Assembly (NCBI GenBank): GCA_051531975.1
Contig: JAOPTT010000017.1
Coordinates: 44,597-108,596, forward strand
Length of the DNA: 64,000 bases
Direction: 5' to 3'
From: Spirochaetaceae bacterium
Lineage (GTDB): Bacteria; Spirochaetota; Spirochaetia; DSM-2461
Below the pieces are notes generated by a model. The model searched no databases. It was not told the DNA's origin and saw nothing but the letters and a program-made list of their open reading frames with translations. A program made the position numbers and the translations under genes. How positions within the stretch are numbered: position 1 is the first letter of the stretch; each line of letters opens with the position of its first letter. Shown piece after piece: positions 31,359 through 41,776 of this stretch.

Positions 31359-32438
31359 CTATTGTGTTTTTAACATTGAAAGCCCTAATATTGCTAACAT
31401 TCCCCCAATTATCCAAAATCTATTTATTACTTTACTTTCTGCCCAACCCTTTAACTCAAAATGATGATGAATTGGAGCCATTTTAAATACTCTTTTACCT
31501 GTTCTTTTATACCAAAATACTTGAATTATTACCGACATAGTTTCAATAACAAAAACTCCTCCAATGATTAGAAATAGGATCTCTTTTTTAACAATTATAG
31601 ATATAACTCCTAAAACACCACCAAGGGCTAAACTACCTGTATCTCCCATAAAAACTTGAGCAGGATAGCAGTTAAACCATAAAAAACCTATACATGCACC
31701 AACAAGAGCTAAACAAAAAACTGTAAGTTCTCCTCCCCCTTGTACAAAAGGGATATTTAGATAATCAGCAAAGTCAGGTCTACCTGATAAGTAGGTAATA
31801 ACAGCTAAAGCAATTGTTGCAAATAGAACTAAACCTGTAGCTAGTCCATCTAAACCATCTGATAAATTAACTGCATTTGAAATACCAACAATATAAAATA
31901 CAATAAAGGGAATCATAAAGATTCCAAGATCAAGAAGTGGATCTTTTAAGAATGGTACATATAATTTTGAGAACTCATCTGAGCCATGAAAATAGAGTAA
32001 AATAGCTACAGTAGAGGCTATTATAATTTGACCAATAAGCTTAAACCGACTTCTTAATCCTTCAGAACTTTTCCTTGAGATTTTAAGATAATCATCTAAG
32101 AAACCTAAAAATCCAAAAGATATAAAAGTACCAATAACTAACCATGAGTAGAAACTTTTAATTTCAACCCATAAAACTACTGAGATTATTACTGAAACTA
32201 TAATTAAGAAACCACCCATAGTAGGTGTCCCTGATTTTTTTAAGTGAGATTGGGGGCCATCAGTTCTAACTTCCTGTCCCATTTTAATTCTAGCTAAGAA
32301 AGCTATAACTTTAGGACCTAAAATAAAAGAGATTAATATTGCGGTAACTGCAGCATAGGCAGACCTAAGACTTATGTACTGGAATATATTTAAAAATGAA
32401 ACATAATCGTTTAGTGGATATAATAAAGCTTTAAACAC
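31359..32438 (-). CDS. mraY: Phospho-N-acetylmuramoyl-pentapeptide transferase MraY
   Basis: KSGTPTMGG, NAVNLSDGLDGL, FMGDTGS, MAPIHHHFE. Likely GTG start at 32438 after GGGAGG. Confidence 0.96.
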   Translation of the reverse strand: MFKALLYPLNDYVSFLNIFQYISLRSAYAAVTAILISFILGPKVIAFLARIKMGQEVRTDGPQSHLKKSGTPTMGGFLIIVSVIISVVLWVEIKSFYSWLVIGTFISFGFLGFLDDYLKISRKSSEGLRSRFKLIGQIIIASTVAILLYFHGSDEFSKLYVPFLKDPLLDLGIFMIPFIVFYIVGISNAVNLSDGLDGLATGLVLFATIALAVITYLSGRPDFADYLNIPFVQGGGELTVFCLALVGACIGFLWFNCYPAQVFMGDTGSLALGGVLGVISIIVKKEILFLIIGGVFVIETMSVIIQVFWYKRTGKRVFKMAPIHHHFELKGWAESKVINRFWIIGGMLAILGLSMLKTQ

Positions 32439-32473
32439 GTCTTCCCTCCCCAGAAATGACAAAGATTTAATTG

Positions 32474-33841
32474 TTAGAGAATACTATCAGTTATCTCTTC
32501 TAATTTGACTCCCCTAGAAGCTTTAAGAAGTACCAATGAATTTGGTTTAATCACCTCTTTAACAGCTATCTTTAAGTCATCCATATTATCAAAAAAAAGA
32601 ACGCCTAATTCTTCTTTCAGATTTTTAAATACATCTCTGTATTGGTCGCCATATAGTATAACAACCTTAAATTTGCTAATAGCAAACTTTGCAACTTTTA
32701 CATGCTCAGAATAGGAAATATCACCTAACTCCAACATGCTTCCTAAAATAGGAATCTTTGGATTATCCCAAGTAGTTTTAGCTAAAAGCTCTAAAGAACT
32801 TATAGTTGATTCGGGGTTTGCATTGTAACAATCCCTAATTATTCTACTTTGGCCATTAAGTAGTTCACCTCTTCCAAATATTGAAGGTAAATTACTTAAA
32901 CCCTTAGCTATAGTTTCACTTGGGACGCCTATTTCCCTAGCACAAGCTATTGCCATAAAAGCGTTTAATAAATTGTAACGCCCCATATACTGATAGTTTA
33001 TTTTTATATCTTCATATAAAAACTCCCATCCATTAAAACCAAGGTCTTTAATCCCTGTAATGTAACGTGGTGTATCAGTAACAGATAAAACATCTGCATT
33101 CACACCAGTTTTTAGAAGTTCATAGTAGTCGTCCCAGCTAGGTATAACAGCTAAATTATTGCCTGTGAAGTTTGCAAAAGCATCCTTCTTTTCTTTAGCA
33201 ATACCGTCTCTGGAACCAAAAAAACCAATATGTGCACTTCCTATATTTGTAATTAAAGAAATATCAGGATTAATAATATCCACAAGATCTTTTATCTCTC
33301 CTGGTTTACTCATACCCATTTCTATAACTGCAATTTCATGCTCTTTAGTTATTCTAAAAACAGTTAATGGAAGTCCTGTTTCAGAATTATAGTTTCCCTT
33401 TGTCACTAGAGTGTTTTTAAAGTTACTTAAAATTGAACCTAAAACCTCTTTTGTAGTAGTTTTACCACTACTGCCTGTAATCGCAACAACCTTTAACTGT
33501 TTAAACTGACCAATATACTCTTTAGCCAATTTTTGTAGAGCCTTTAAACCATCCTCTACTATAAAAAAAGTACTTTCATACTTTTTTGCTAATTTTAGAA
33601 CCTGATCTTTATTCTCTAAAAAATACTTTTTAGATACTAATGAGCAGTTACATCCACCTATTAAAGCAGATTCTATATACAAGTTTCCATCTGTAAACTC
33701 CCCAACTAATGGAATAAACAGAGAACCACTTTGGGCCTCTCTAGAGTCAATAACAATACTTGTAATATCTGTATTATTAAACTCTAAAACTTCAGCCTGC
33801 AAAAAAATCTTTATGTCTTCAGCAGAAAAAAGTCTACTCAT
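32474..33841 (-). CDS. murF: UDP-MurNAc-tripeptide--D-Ala-D-Ala ligase MurF
   Basis: IDSR, ITGSSGKTTTKE, EMGM..PGEI, DCYNANP, LLKASRG. Confidence 0.95.
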   Translation of the reverse strand: MSRLFSAEDIKIFLQAEVLEFNNTDITSIVIDSREAQSGSLFIPLVGEFTDGNLYIESALIGGCNCSLVSKKYFLENKDQVLKLAKKYESTFFIVEDGLKALQKLAKEYIGQFKQLKVVAITGSSGKTTTKEVLGSILSNFKNTLVTKGNYNSETGLPLTVFRITKEHEIAVIEMGMSKPGEIKDLVDIINPDISLITNIGSAHIGFFGSRDGIAKEKKDAFANFTGNNLAVIPSWDDYYELLKTGVNADVLSVTDTPRYITGIKDLGFNGWEFLYEDIKINYQYMGRYNLLNAFMAIACAREIGVPSETIAKGLSNLPSIFGRGELLNGQSRIIRDCYNANPESTISSLELLAKTTWDNPKIPILGSMLELGDISYSEHVKVAKFAISKFKVVILYGDQYRDVFKNLKEELGVLFFDNMDDLKIAVKEVIKPNSLVLLKASRGVKLEEITDSIL

Positions 33842-34115
33842 TAGATTCAATAACCTCTATACGAATAATCTCTCCACCACCAATTTTTTGCAATTCAACA
33901 TCTGGATTTAAATATTCAAAAACCCTATTAGGGGATTCTAATTCTGCAACTTTATTAACCAGTCTTTTATTCTCCAAAACTAGTTCATCTTGGGATCTAA
34001 CCAAACTCCGAACTTCAAAATAATTAATCATATATCGTTGTGATTGCCATACATTCACAAATAAAAATAGAGGCACCGATAAAGAAATAATTATTCCTAA
34101 AAAGGTTTTCCTCAT
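33834..34115 (-). CDS. ftsL: Cell division protein FtsL-like
   Basis: Small TM plus coiled-coil protein with LESPNRV, directly after rsmH. Confidence 0.7.
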   Translation of the reverse strand: MRKTFLGIIISLSVPLFLFVNVWQSQRYMINYFEVRSLVRSQDELVLENKRLVNKVAELESPNRVFEYLNPDVELQKIGGGEIIRIEVIESNE

Positions 34116-35071
34116 ACCATAACCTCTCTAGCTTCTGTAAGTTTTTCAATAACTCTTAACTTTGCACTTCTTGAAGGAGGATTTATGCCAATTTCTTCAG
34201 CTGTTGGGCCTACTGGCTTTTTAGTTAGTCGTTTTACTTCAGGCTGTCCACCACATTTACACCTAGGATAATTGTCTGGACATATACATTTTTGGGCTTT
34301 TGACTGAAAATACCGTTTAACAGCCCTATCTTCTAGGGAGTGAAATGTGATAATTCCTATTTTTCCACCAATTTTTAATATTTTTAATGCGTCTTCTAAA
34401 ACACTATCTAATCTATCTAATTCTGAATTAACCGCTATTCTCAATGCTTGAAATGTTCTAGTTGCAGGATTAGTCCTACCGTGTCTTTTATCCGGAGGAA
34501 AACAACCCTTTACAATATAAGCTAATTGCTCAGTTGTCTCAATTGGTTCCTTCTCTCTTTCTATACATATTTTTCTAGCTATCTTTCTAGATAATTTCTC
34601 ATCACTATATTCATATATAAGGTTTGCTAAAAGACTCTCTTCGTAGTTATTTACAATATCCCGAGCACTTTCTAAACTATTTTCATTCAGACGCATATCA
34701 AGTGGTTCATTTTTCTGAAAAGTAAAACCTCGTCCACTTTTTTCGTAATGAAAAACAGAGATACCTAGATCTAAAAGTATTCTATCAGGTCTCTCATAGT
34801 CATAATCAGAGAAGTTCTCAAAAAACTCATTAAACCAGGTATGTTCAAAACTAACTCTGTTACCAAATACTGAGAGTCTCTCTTTTGCAACTTTTTGTAT
34901 TACTTTATCAGCATCTATACCGATAACTTTGATATCAGGGAATCGGGATAAAAACATTTCAGAATGTCCACCTTCTCCCATTGTTCCATCAACAATCAGT
35001 TCATTCCCAACCTCAGGTTTAAGGAAATCACATACTTCTTCTTTTAAAACTGAGTAATGTACTATATCCAT
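34112..35071 (-). CDS. rsmH: 16S rRNA m4C1402 methyltransferase RsmH
   Basis: DGTMGEGGHS, LDLGIS, PLDMR, FQALRIAVN, TFHSLEDR, SRSAKLR. Confidence 0.97.
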   Translation of the reverse strand: MDIVHYSVLKEEVCDFLKPEVGNELIVDGTMGEGGHSEMFLSRFPDIKVIGIDADKVIQKVAKERLSVFGNRVSFEHTWFNEFFENFSDYDYERPDRILLDLGISVFHYEKSGRGFTFQKNEPLDMRLNENSLESARDIVNNYEESLLANLIYEYSDEKLSRKIARKICIEREKEPIETTEQLAYIVKGCFPPDKRHGRTNPATRTFQALRIAVNSELDRLDSVLEDALKILKIGGKIGIITFHSLEDRAVKRYFQSKAQKCICPDNYPRCKCGGQPEVKRLTKKPVGPTAEEIGINPPSRSAKLRVIEKLTEAREVMV

Positions 35072-35508
35072 TAAAAATCCAACCCTTCAAGAGCTTCGTT
35101 AAGATCCTCTTCAGTTTCCATCTGGTATGCTTCGTAAGCTTCAACATCCCAAATCTCAATATGATCATCTAATCCGAGAATTATACATTCCCTTATTACA
35201 TCTACTGACTTCATAATTGAAGCAGATAATTTTATTCTTCCAGCCTTATCAACATTCACTTCTTGAGCAGGTGCAATAAGTCGTCTTTGTATTAATCTTG
35301 ATTGAGATTTAAACAGGGAACTATTCTCTTTAATTAGTGCTTCAAGTTTAGACCAAGGCTCTTGTGGAAATAACCAGATACATCTATCGACGCCTCGAGT
35401 TTGGATTAACATATCTTCTGGCAGTGATGCCCTTATTTTTCCAGGAAGAAGTAATCTTCCCTTATCGTCGATAGTTCCATTGAACTGACCTTTAATCTCT
35501 AATCCCAT
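35071..35508 (-). CDS. mraZ: Transcriptional regulator MraZ
   Basis: DDKGR, DKAGRI and EIWD motifs. Start placed at ATG 35508. Confidence 0.93.
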   Translation of the reverse strand: MGLEIKGQFNGTIDDKGRLLLPGKIRASLPEDMLIQTRGVDRCIWLFPQEPWSKLEALIKENSSLFKSQSRLIQRRLIAPAQEVNVDKAGRIKLSASIMKSVDVIRECIILGLDDHIEIWDVEAYEAYQMETEEDLNEALEGLDF

Positions 35509-35524
35509 AAAATCACACAGTTTT

Positions 35525-35549
35525 ACTACTAATTCCCACTTTCTCCCAC
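35525..35549 (-). promoter_or_regulatory. MraZ-binding dcw boxes
   Basis: Minus strand GTGGG-N5-GTGGG-N5-GTAGT with a 10-bp period just upstream of mraZ. Confidence 0.75.
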
Positions 35550-35560
35550 GATATAACTTA

Positions 35561-35589
35561 ATAATGACACTAAGAAATTCAATTGTCAA
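35561..35589 (-). promoter_or_regulatory. Sigma-70-type promoter of the mraZ/dcw operon
   Basis: TTGACA-N17-CATTAT with TGn extension. Confidence 0.55.
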
Positions 35590-35674
35590 CGAAGAAAAAA
35601 ATATTAGAATTTCAAATTGATTTGATAAAAAAATTTTTACTACACATATGTTTAGATAGGGGGGATTTTAGAGC

Positions 35675-35707
35675 AAAAAAAAGGGAAATAGTTAAACTAT
35701 CCCCCTC
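35675..35707 (-). terminator. Rho-independent terminator after the GH57 gene
   Basis: Minus strand GAGGGGGATAG-TTTAA-CTATTTCCC followed by T8. Confidence 0.7.
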
Positions 35708-35732
35708 TATTGATAAGTATTATTATCTATGG

Positions 35733-37328
35733 CTATATTTTTTGGAATACCAAATAGTTAATATCCTTGAAAAGGTTATTCTTCTTTTCAAGCTTTGTTA
35801 ACCACTCAGTTTTTACCACATTTTCACACAAAGAATCATATATCTTATGGAAATTTAGAATGTGGGTTTTTACCCTTTTATTTGCATATGGAACAGTTGT
35901 TCCTGTCTTCATAATTAGTGGCCAGTCAGATGCTTGAGAAAGTAAAACTTCTCTTGCAGCTTGATTCAATGCTCGACGTTTAAGTCCAGTAGCATCAGGA
36001 TATCTTACTGTTAATTCAACCATCTGATCTATAATTTTAAATAGATGTCTGTATATCCAGTCATTTGCACCGTCTAACCACACTTGGCTATAACCTTGTT
36101 CTCCCCAACTTGAATAGTGTGGAGTACAAAGTTGATTTTCAGGATAAGTTTCTAAATAATCTGTTGGAGTACAACAAGAAAATTTTTCGTTTTTATCAAG
36201 TGCTGTTAATAACTTTTCTAAGAACATTGGACCTTCAAACCACCAATGACCAAAAAGTTCCGCATCATAAGGGCACGTAAAAAGTGCAGGTCTATCAGTA
36301 AATACACCTTGAACTTTTTTTAGCATCTTTTCACGGTTATATATAAAGTTTTCAACATGTTCGTTAACTTTTTGTTCAGCTTTTTTAGGGTTGTAATAAT
36401 TTTTAGTTTCCGCCCCAGTTATTGAGAAATATTTAAAACCTGTATTTACTCGAACATCATCATCTTGTATATATGGTCTAATATAGTCTAGAGGTAAGTC
36501 AAAACCGATATCTCTATAAAATTCTCTGTAAACAACATCACCAGGGTATCCATCTATAGGAGACCAGATATCTTTACAAGACTCTTTCTCTCTTGGAAAT
36601 ACAGATACACCATTATTACAAGAAACAGGTGCAAAGACACCTTTTTCTGGAACTTGGTCACTATACATTACCCCATGTGCGGATGATATATAAAACTTAA
36701 TACCAGACTCTTTTAGAAACTTTTCTAAACCTGGATAATAACCACATTCTGGTAACCATATCCCGTCAGGTCTTACAGAAAAGACACGTCTAAATGAATC
36801 AACTGCAGTAACAATCTGAGCTCGTACTACTTCTGGAAATTCTGAAAAGTTTGGTAAAAATGCATGGGTTGCAGCACTAGTAATTAATAGTAGATTACCT
36901 TTGTTAAAAAAGTATTTAAACCCTGTAGTTATATTTTTTTTATATAGATCTTTGAAGTCATTATAATTTTCAGTAAATAGCTTTAAATACATAACAGCCA
37001 TTTTTTGCTCTTCAGGGTTAGTTCTAGTTCGAATAATCTCTTTTTCGGCTAGTTCTAACAGTGACTCTAAATGATCTAGGTAACGATTTTGTAAAAATGG
37101 ATCTATCAACATCTCAGTAAGTGTTGGAGAGAATGATATTGTTAACTTAAAATCAATATTTTTTGCTTCTAAGTTTCTAAAGGTTCTAAGAAGTGGTAAG
37201 TATGTTTCGCTTATTGCTTCAAATAACCATTTTTCTTCAAGGAATTTAGTATATTCAGGGTGTCTAACAAATGGTAAATGGGCGTGTAATACAAAAGATA
37301 GCAAACCCTGGGAATTATCAACGTGCAT
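35733..37328 (-). CDS. GH57 1,4-alpha-glucan branching enzyme (DUF1957)
   Basis: VLHAHLPFVRH, WLFEAI.ETYLP, GIWLPEC, YDAELFGHWWFEG, ASDW. Confidence 0.92.
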   Translation of the reverse strand: MHVDNSQGLLSFVLHAHLPFVRHPEYTKFLEEKWLFEAISETYLPLLRTFRNLEAKNIDFKLTISFSPTLTEMLIDPFLQNRYLDHLESLLELAEKEIIRTRTNPEEQKMAVMYLKLFTENYNDFKDLYKKNITTGFKYFFNKGNLLLITSAATHAFLPNFSEFPEVVRAQIVTAVDSFRRVFSVRPDGIWLPECGYYPGLEKFLKESGIKFYISSAHGVMYSDQVPEKGVFAPVSCNNGVSVFPREKESCKDIWSPIDGYPGDVVYREFYRDIGFDLPLDYIRPYIQDDDVRVNTGFKYFSITGAETKNYYNPKKAEQKVNEHVENFIYNREKMLKKVQGVFTDRPALFTCPYDAELFGHWWFEGPMFLEKLLTALDKNEKFSCCTPTDYLETYPENQLCTPHYSSWGEQGYSQVWLDGANDWIYRHLFKIIDQMVELTVRYPDATGLKRRALNQAAREVLLSQASDWPLIMKTGTTVPYANKRVKTHILNFHKIYDSLCENVVKTEWLTKLEKKNNLFKDINYLVFQKI

Positions 37329-38057
37329 TTACAGCTCCTCTTCTAAGTGGTCCATAGGTAAAATCCTATTTAAACTTCTACTTTTCTTTGTAACTACATC
37401 AATATTTGAAAAACCACTTAATTCAACAATTTTCTTAGTTTTTTCATCATCATTTAAAATATAATTTACATGATCTCTCGATGTTTTTAATATACAACTT
37501 CTCTCAATTAAAATCTCTTTCATTTCTGAAGCAATATATAGTTCAACACAATAATATGACTGTTCATTAGGAAGGTTAACATATCTTCTCTTCTCTTTAG
37601 ATTCTACTGCGATATCAAAAAAATCAACAATTGCATCTTTGTCATATTTAGGTTGAGTTAATTCAATTACTCTTAGAATATAAGAAACAGTTCCTAGAGA
37701 GTTCTTATATTTAAGACTTAAACTATCTTTAATATCCCATAGGATAAAACCCCAAGAATTGTCTCTAAGTAGGAAATGAAGCATATTATCATTATATCTA
37801 CTAGGTAGAACCATCTCTTCGTCTACATCATAAGAAAGATCTAGCTCTTCATCTATTGTTACAGAATATTTTTTTGATTCAATTGAAACTGCAAGATTTA
37901 AAAGAGACTCTTTCTCTATTCTATCTTCATCCATTGCGTCGATAATTGAAGAAATTAAGTGTTTTCTACTCCAATCAGATTTAGATCTTATACCAATCTT
38001 TTTAGCAAGATTAACTAATACATCATCACCTAACAACTCTAAACGTTCTTCTGTCAT
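37329..38057 (-). CDS. DUF4912-domain protein
   Basis: Rho-N-like helical N-terminus and LP.RY.....L.RD..W....WD motif; typical partner of GH57/DUF1957 genes. Confidence 0.75.
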   Translation of the reverse strand: MTEERLELLGDDVLVNLAKKIGIRSKSDWSRKHLISSIIDAMDEDRIEKESLLNLAVSIESKKYSVTIDEELDLSYDVDEEMVLPSRYNDNMLHFLLRDNSWGFILWDIKDSLSLKYKNSLGTVSYILRVIELTQPKYDKDAIVDFFDIAVESKEKRRYVNLPNEQSYYCVELYIASEMKEILIERSCILKTSRDHVNYILNDDEKTKKIVELSGFSNIDVVTKKSRSLNRILPMDHLEEEL

Positions 38058-38101
38058 ATACCATCCTAAATCAAGGAATTAATTTTAATTACTTTTATGT
38101 A

Positions 38102-38130
38102 ATGTTATGAAAATGAGGTAGCAGTGTCAA
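38102..38130 (-). promoter_or_regulatory. Sigma-70-type promoter for DUF4912-GH57
   Basis: TTGACA-N17-TAACAT on the minus strand. Confidence 0.55.
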
Positions 38131-38138
38131 GTGTTGTT

Positions 38139-38984
38139 CTACAAGGGTTTAACGGCTTTTATTATAACAACATCACCAAAACCTAGGGGTTTAGCAAGTT
38201 TGTCTAGCAATATCTTTATATGTTTCGGGTAGCCACTATTTGCACAGAGACCTCCCCATGTTTTATGTCCATAAATTCTAAAATTATTTTGTACAAATAT
38301 CTGCTTTAATGTTTTAACGGAGAATAAAATCATGTGATCAGGAATTGCGGAACGCCATCTATTTTTAAAAATTTTGGACTGCAGTCCACTGACATTTGGA
38401 GTTGTACAATAAACCACTCCTCCAGGTTTTAGTAGTTTAAAGATATGTTCAACAAAGGTATTAGGATCGTTTATATGTTCAATTACGTGGGATAAGTGGA
38501 TAACATCTAAAGAGCCAACAGGTATTGGAGCATTGTCTAATATGCCCTTATATATATCTAATCCTCTTACACTATTTCCATAATCAACAGCACTTTCACA
38601 GACTTCTACACCAAATGTCTGCCAGCCTAACTTTTTCATATGTGATAAAAAAAGACCAGTTGCACAGCCGATGTCTAATATTTTTTTATTATCGGTTATA
38701 CTGCTTGTTACATCAAACTTCATGTCTTTTAAACCTAATAACATTAAATTTAGAAACGAGTCTTCATTTTCTATTTCATAGCTAAAATAACTTTCATCAT
38801 AACGTTCTTCAACATCCTCTGATATTGGTTGAGGGTTCTGATATATTAGGGAACAATTAGGGCACTGACTATAAAAAAAGCTTTCGAGATCCCAATGTTT
38901 TTCATATTTGATACTTTGACACAATGGACAGGGTATCTCCCTTGATTTCTCTGTTTTGGGAGGTATAGTAGAAAATGTTTTCAC
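38139..38984 (-). CDS. Class I SAM-dependent methyltransferase with N-terminal Zn ribbon
   Basis: CPLC/CPNC, ILDIGCATG, HVIEH, LKPGG. Confidence 0.88.
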   Translation of the reverse strand: MKTFSTIPPKTEKSREIPCPLCQSIKYEKHWDLESFFYSQCPNCSLIYQNPQPISEDVEERYDESYFSYEIENEDSFLNLMLLGLKDMKFDVTSSITDNKKILDIGCATGLFLSHMKKLGWQTFGVEVCESAVDYGNSVRGLDIYKGILDNAPIPVGSLDVIHLSHVIEHINDPNTFVEHIFKLLKPGGVVYCTTPNVSGLQSKIFKNRWRSAIPDHMILFSVKTLKQIFVQNNFRIYGHKTWGGLCANSGYPKHIKILLDKLAKPLGFGDVVIIKAVKPL

Positions 38985-39841
38985 TATTCAATGACCAAGG
39001 AGTAGGATTTTGAAGCTTCGTTACCTTCAATATCTCGAACTACAATTTCAACAAGACTTCGTCCTCTAGTTAAAAATGCTTCACCACCATAAAAAAGCTC
39101 ATTCCCGGTTAAAAAATTATTTAGTGGTATATCTGTTTCCCCAGATAGATAAAGAATATTATCGATCTCTTTTATTGAGCTAAAGATACCACTGTGACGT
39201 TCAAAACCATCGATGAATATATTTATGCTAAATGGGGTAAACCTTTTAAAAACATCACCAATCTTTATTAGATCCCAGACATCAACATAAACTGTGTAAT
39301 CATCTGTTGGAACAATTTTATTTCTTGTAAGTTTTATATTTTGATCTTTGTTTCTTAGATATACGGCATTTATTATTGGGCTTTTACCATCTTCTAAAAA
39401 AGGAAGTATTTGTTGAGGATTAATATAGGCATCTTTTTTATCATCATATACAGAAAAGATAAAATCATCATACTCTTTTTTAGAAATGCCTATCATTTCA
39501 TCTTTGTTTATATGAGTTAAAAAATCGAAGTTTTCTGTGGAAGAAAAGTTTCTATAAATTGACTTAAACTCTCCTACATGCTCAACAACTAAAAGATTCC
39601 CTTCTTCACCGGAATAATTCAGATCACCAAACAAAAAACTATCCTGATAATATATAATTTCCCCATCAGTTAGTGGATATATAGCTTGATTTTCACTATT
39701 AAACTTAATTCCATCTTGTACTGAATTATTATGAATTGAACCAAATAAAGATTCTAAGTAGTCTTTATTAGAAGGCCATTGATATGAAAATATAATAGAA
39801 TGAATCACAATTATCTGTAGAATAAGAATTAGATATCTCAT
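38984..39841 (-). CDS. Exported protein with degenerate M23/LytM-like domain
   Basis: Signal peptide, WP, FG, DGEI and GNLLVVEH. The His/Asp zinc ligands are not evident. Confidence 0.55.
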   Translation of the reverse strand: MRYLILILQIIVIHSIIFSYQWPSNKDYLESLFGSIHNNSVQDGIKFNSENQAIYPLTDGEIIYYQDSFLFGDLNYSGEEGNLLVVEHVGEFKSIYRNFSSTENFDFLTHINKDEMIGISKKEYDDFIFSVYDDKKDAYINPQQILPFLEDGKSPIINAVYLRNKDQNIKLTRNKIVPTDDYTVYVDVWDLIKIGDVFKRFTPFSINIFIDGFERHSGIFSSIKEIDNILYLSGETDIPLNNFLTGNELFYGGEAFLTRGRSLVEIVVRDIEGNEASKSYSLVIE

Positions 39842-39842
39842 A

Positions 39843-40883
39843 TTACTCCTTTATATCCAATTTAATAACTGAATTATCTATAACAACATATACTGAATGA
39901 TCCAGAGCCTTTATGGAGACCCCATCTCCAACAAAACTTTTCTCTAATAGTACTCTGTGATCTGTAGTTACTAATTTTAGATTATTATAATTAACAGTGC
40001 CTGTATGAATCATGTATATTTTAAGTGCTTCTAAATATTTTACATTTTTCAGTGGATAATCAGCTGCAATAAAACTGCTTTCTTTAGTTGAATAATCTAC
40101 CACATAAAAACCATCGCTGCCTTCAATAAAGATATTATTGTCATTGGAAGTAATAAATAATTTTGGACTTCTCCTTACTTCATCTTTCAAATTCATAGAA
40201 AATATCGGTTTAAATTCAAGTTCTTTTCTCTGATAAAGTATAAACCTCTGGGGATCAAGTCCACTAACAATTGCGATACAGTTTCCATCGGTGGATATAC
40301 TAGTTGAATAAATAACAGAGACTCTACTTCCCCCGACTTCGTATTCAAAAAATAGATCTCCAGTCTCATCTAAAACAACAAATTCACCTTTCATAAATCC
40401 AATAACTAAGTCTTTTTCATTTGCATCTACTGTAGTTATTATGTAGTTAAAATTCTTTGTCCATCGTATTTCACCATAAACAATTTCACTTATACTTTTT
40501 CTATCCCGACCTAAAATAAAAAGTCGATTATTAATACTAAATGGATAACCATCATCTTCTATTTTATATTTAGCAATCCCTTTAAGATTTGTATAGTTAA
40601 GAGTTTTCTCAGATCTTTTATAATTTATATAACCATCATCTAAAAGAGTTACACCGTCATGAATATCTATTCCCCATGCATTTTTTAAATCCGTCGAAAA
40701 ATATCCAGCCCTATCACCAAAAATATAAGGTATTTTTTCCCCAGGAAGAGATGTTAAAGTTCCACTTAATTCAATGGACTCATCGGAAAAATAACTTAGA
40801 TTATTTTGTAACTTTAAAGGGAATAGCAGAAAAAATAGAATAAACACTAGAGCTGCTAATATAATATTTTTTTTATCAGACAT
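39843..40883 (-). CDS. Membrane-anchored beta-propeller-like hypothetical protein
   Basis: N-terminal TM and beta-rich repeats; GGSR and SGLDPQRF motifs. Confidence 0.6.
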   Translation of the reverse strand: MSDKKNIILAALVFILFFLLFPLKLQNNLSYFSDESIELSGTLTSLPGEKIPYIFGDRAGYFSTDLKNAWGIDIHDGVTLLDDGYINYKRSEKTLNYTNLKGIAKYKIEDDGYPFSINNRLFILGRDRKSISEIVYGEIRWTKNFNYIITTVDANEKDLVIGFMKGEFVVLDETGDLFFEYEVGGSRVSVIYSTSISTDGNCIAIVSGLDPQRFILYQRKELEFKPIFSMNLKDEVRRSPKLFITSNDNNIFIEGSDGFYVVDYSTKESSFIAADYPLKNVKYLEALKIYMIHTGTVNYNNLKLVTTDHRVLLEKSFVGDGVSIKALDHSVYVVIDNSVIKLDIKE

Positions 40884-40951
40884 ATTTCTCACTTTATGAT
40901 GGATGATTATCATCCTACACTAGCTAGAGGACATATGTCAAATATTTTGTT

Positions 40952-41770
40952 TCAGCGCGCTTCTTTTGCTTTTTTCTCTTGTGCAAACATATCTGATTTT
41001 AGTTTGGTCTTCCAAACATCAACCTTTTTCTGAACCTCATCCATATCTTTCTTTTTACCGATATATGAATATAGTCTTCTTAATGTGGCTAATATCAAAA
41101 TTGCTTTTTTAAAATCTTCGAATTTTGAAGTAGTAAGCTCATATTTTAATCTATAATTATTTGCTGCATCATTTAGAGCTTTGATTGTCATTTCAATAAA
41201 ATTTGTATGTAATTTATATACATCTCTATTTCTAGGATCTAACTCTTTTGCTATTATCTTAAAATCTATAGAGTTGTTTGATATTATTGCGTGTCTTCCC
41301 TCTAGATCAATAAATGATGTTTTCCATTTTGAGTTCTCACCAAAAGCATCTTTAACCATATTAATACTAAAGCCAAGTTTTTTAAGTAGATTATATTTAG
41401 ACTCAATTGGATATGTTGCAAACTCCTGAAAGTTTTCTTTATAATCAGCATAGGCGGCATTTATTGCATCTCCAAAAACAGCTTCTAATAATATTAATGA
41501 TTCATAACAAGATTTTCTTGCTTCGTTTATAAAAAACTCATTTTTAATTCCTAAAAGATCTAGAGATAGTCTATTCATAATGCAGTATAAGGCGACACCT
41601 TTCATTGTTTCATCTGCGATTAATATTCTCTTGTAAGAAGCTCCACTATCATCTCTTTGAAGAATAAGCTTCATCTGATTCACTTTTTTAATACTCTCTT
41701 CTAAAGATCTTTTATACTCAGAGATCTTCCCAGAATAGAGATGTTTTGCTTCTTTACTTACTTTTGCCAT
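40952..41770 (-). CDS. Conserved helical hypothetical protein
   Basis: 272-aa ORF in the operon after recN; family not recognised. Confidence 0.7.
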   Translation of the reverse strand: MAKVSKEAKHLYSGKISEYKRSLEESIKKVNQMKLILQRDDSGASYKRILIADETMKGVALYCIMNRLSLDLLGIKNEFFINEARKSCYESLILLEAVFGDAINAAYADYKENFQEFATYPIESKYNLLKKLGFSINMVKDAFGENSKWKTSFIDLEGRHAIISNNSIDFKIIAKELDPRNRDVYKLHTNFIEMTIKALNDAANNYRLKYELTTSKFEDFKKAILILATLRRLYSYIGKKKDMDEVQKKVDVWKTKLKSDMFAQEKKAKEAR

Positions 41771-41776
41771 AACTGT

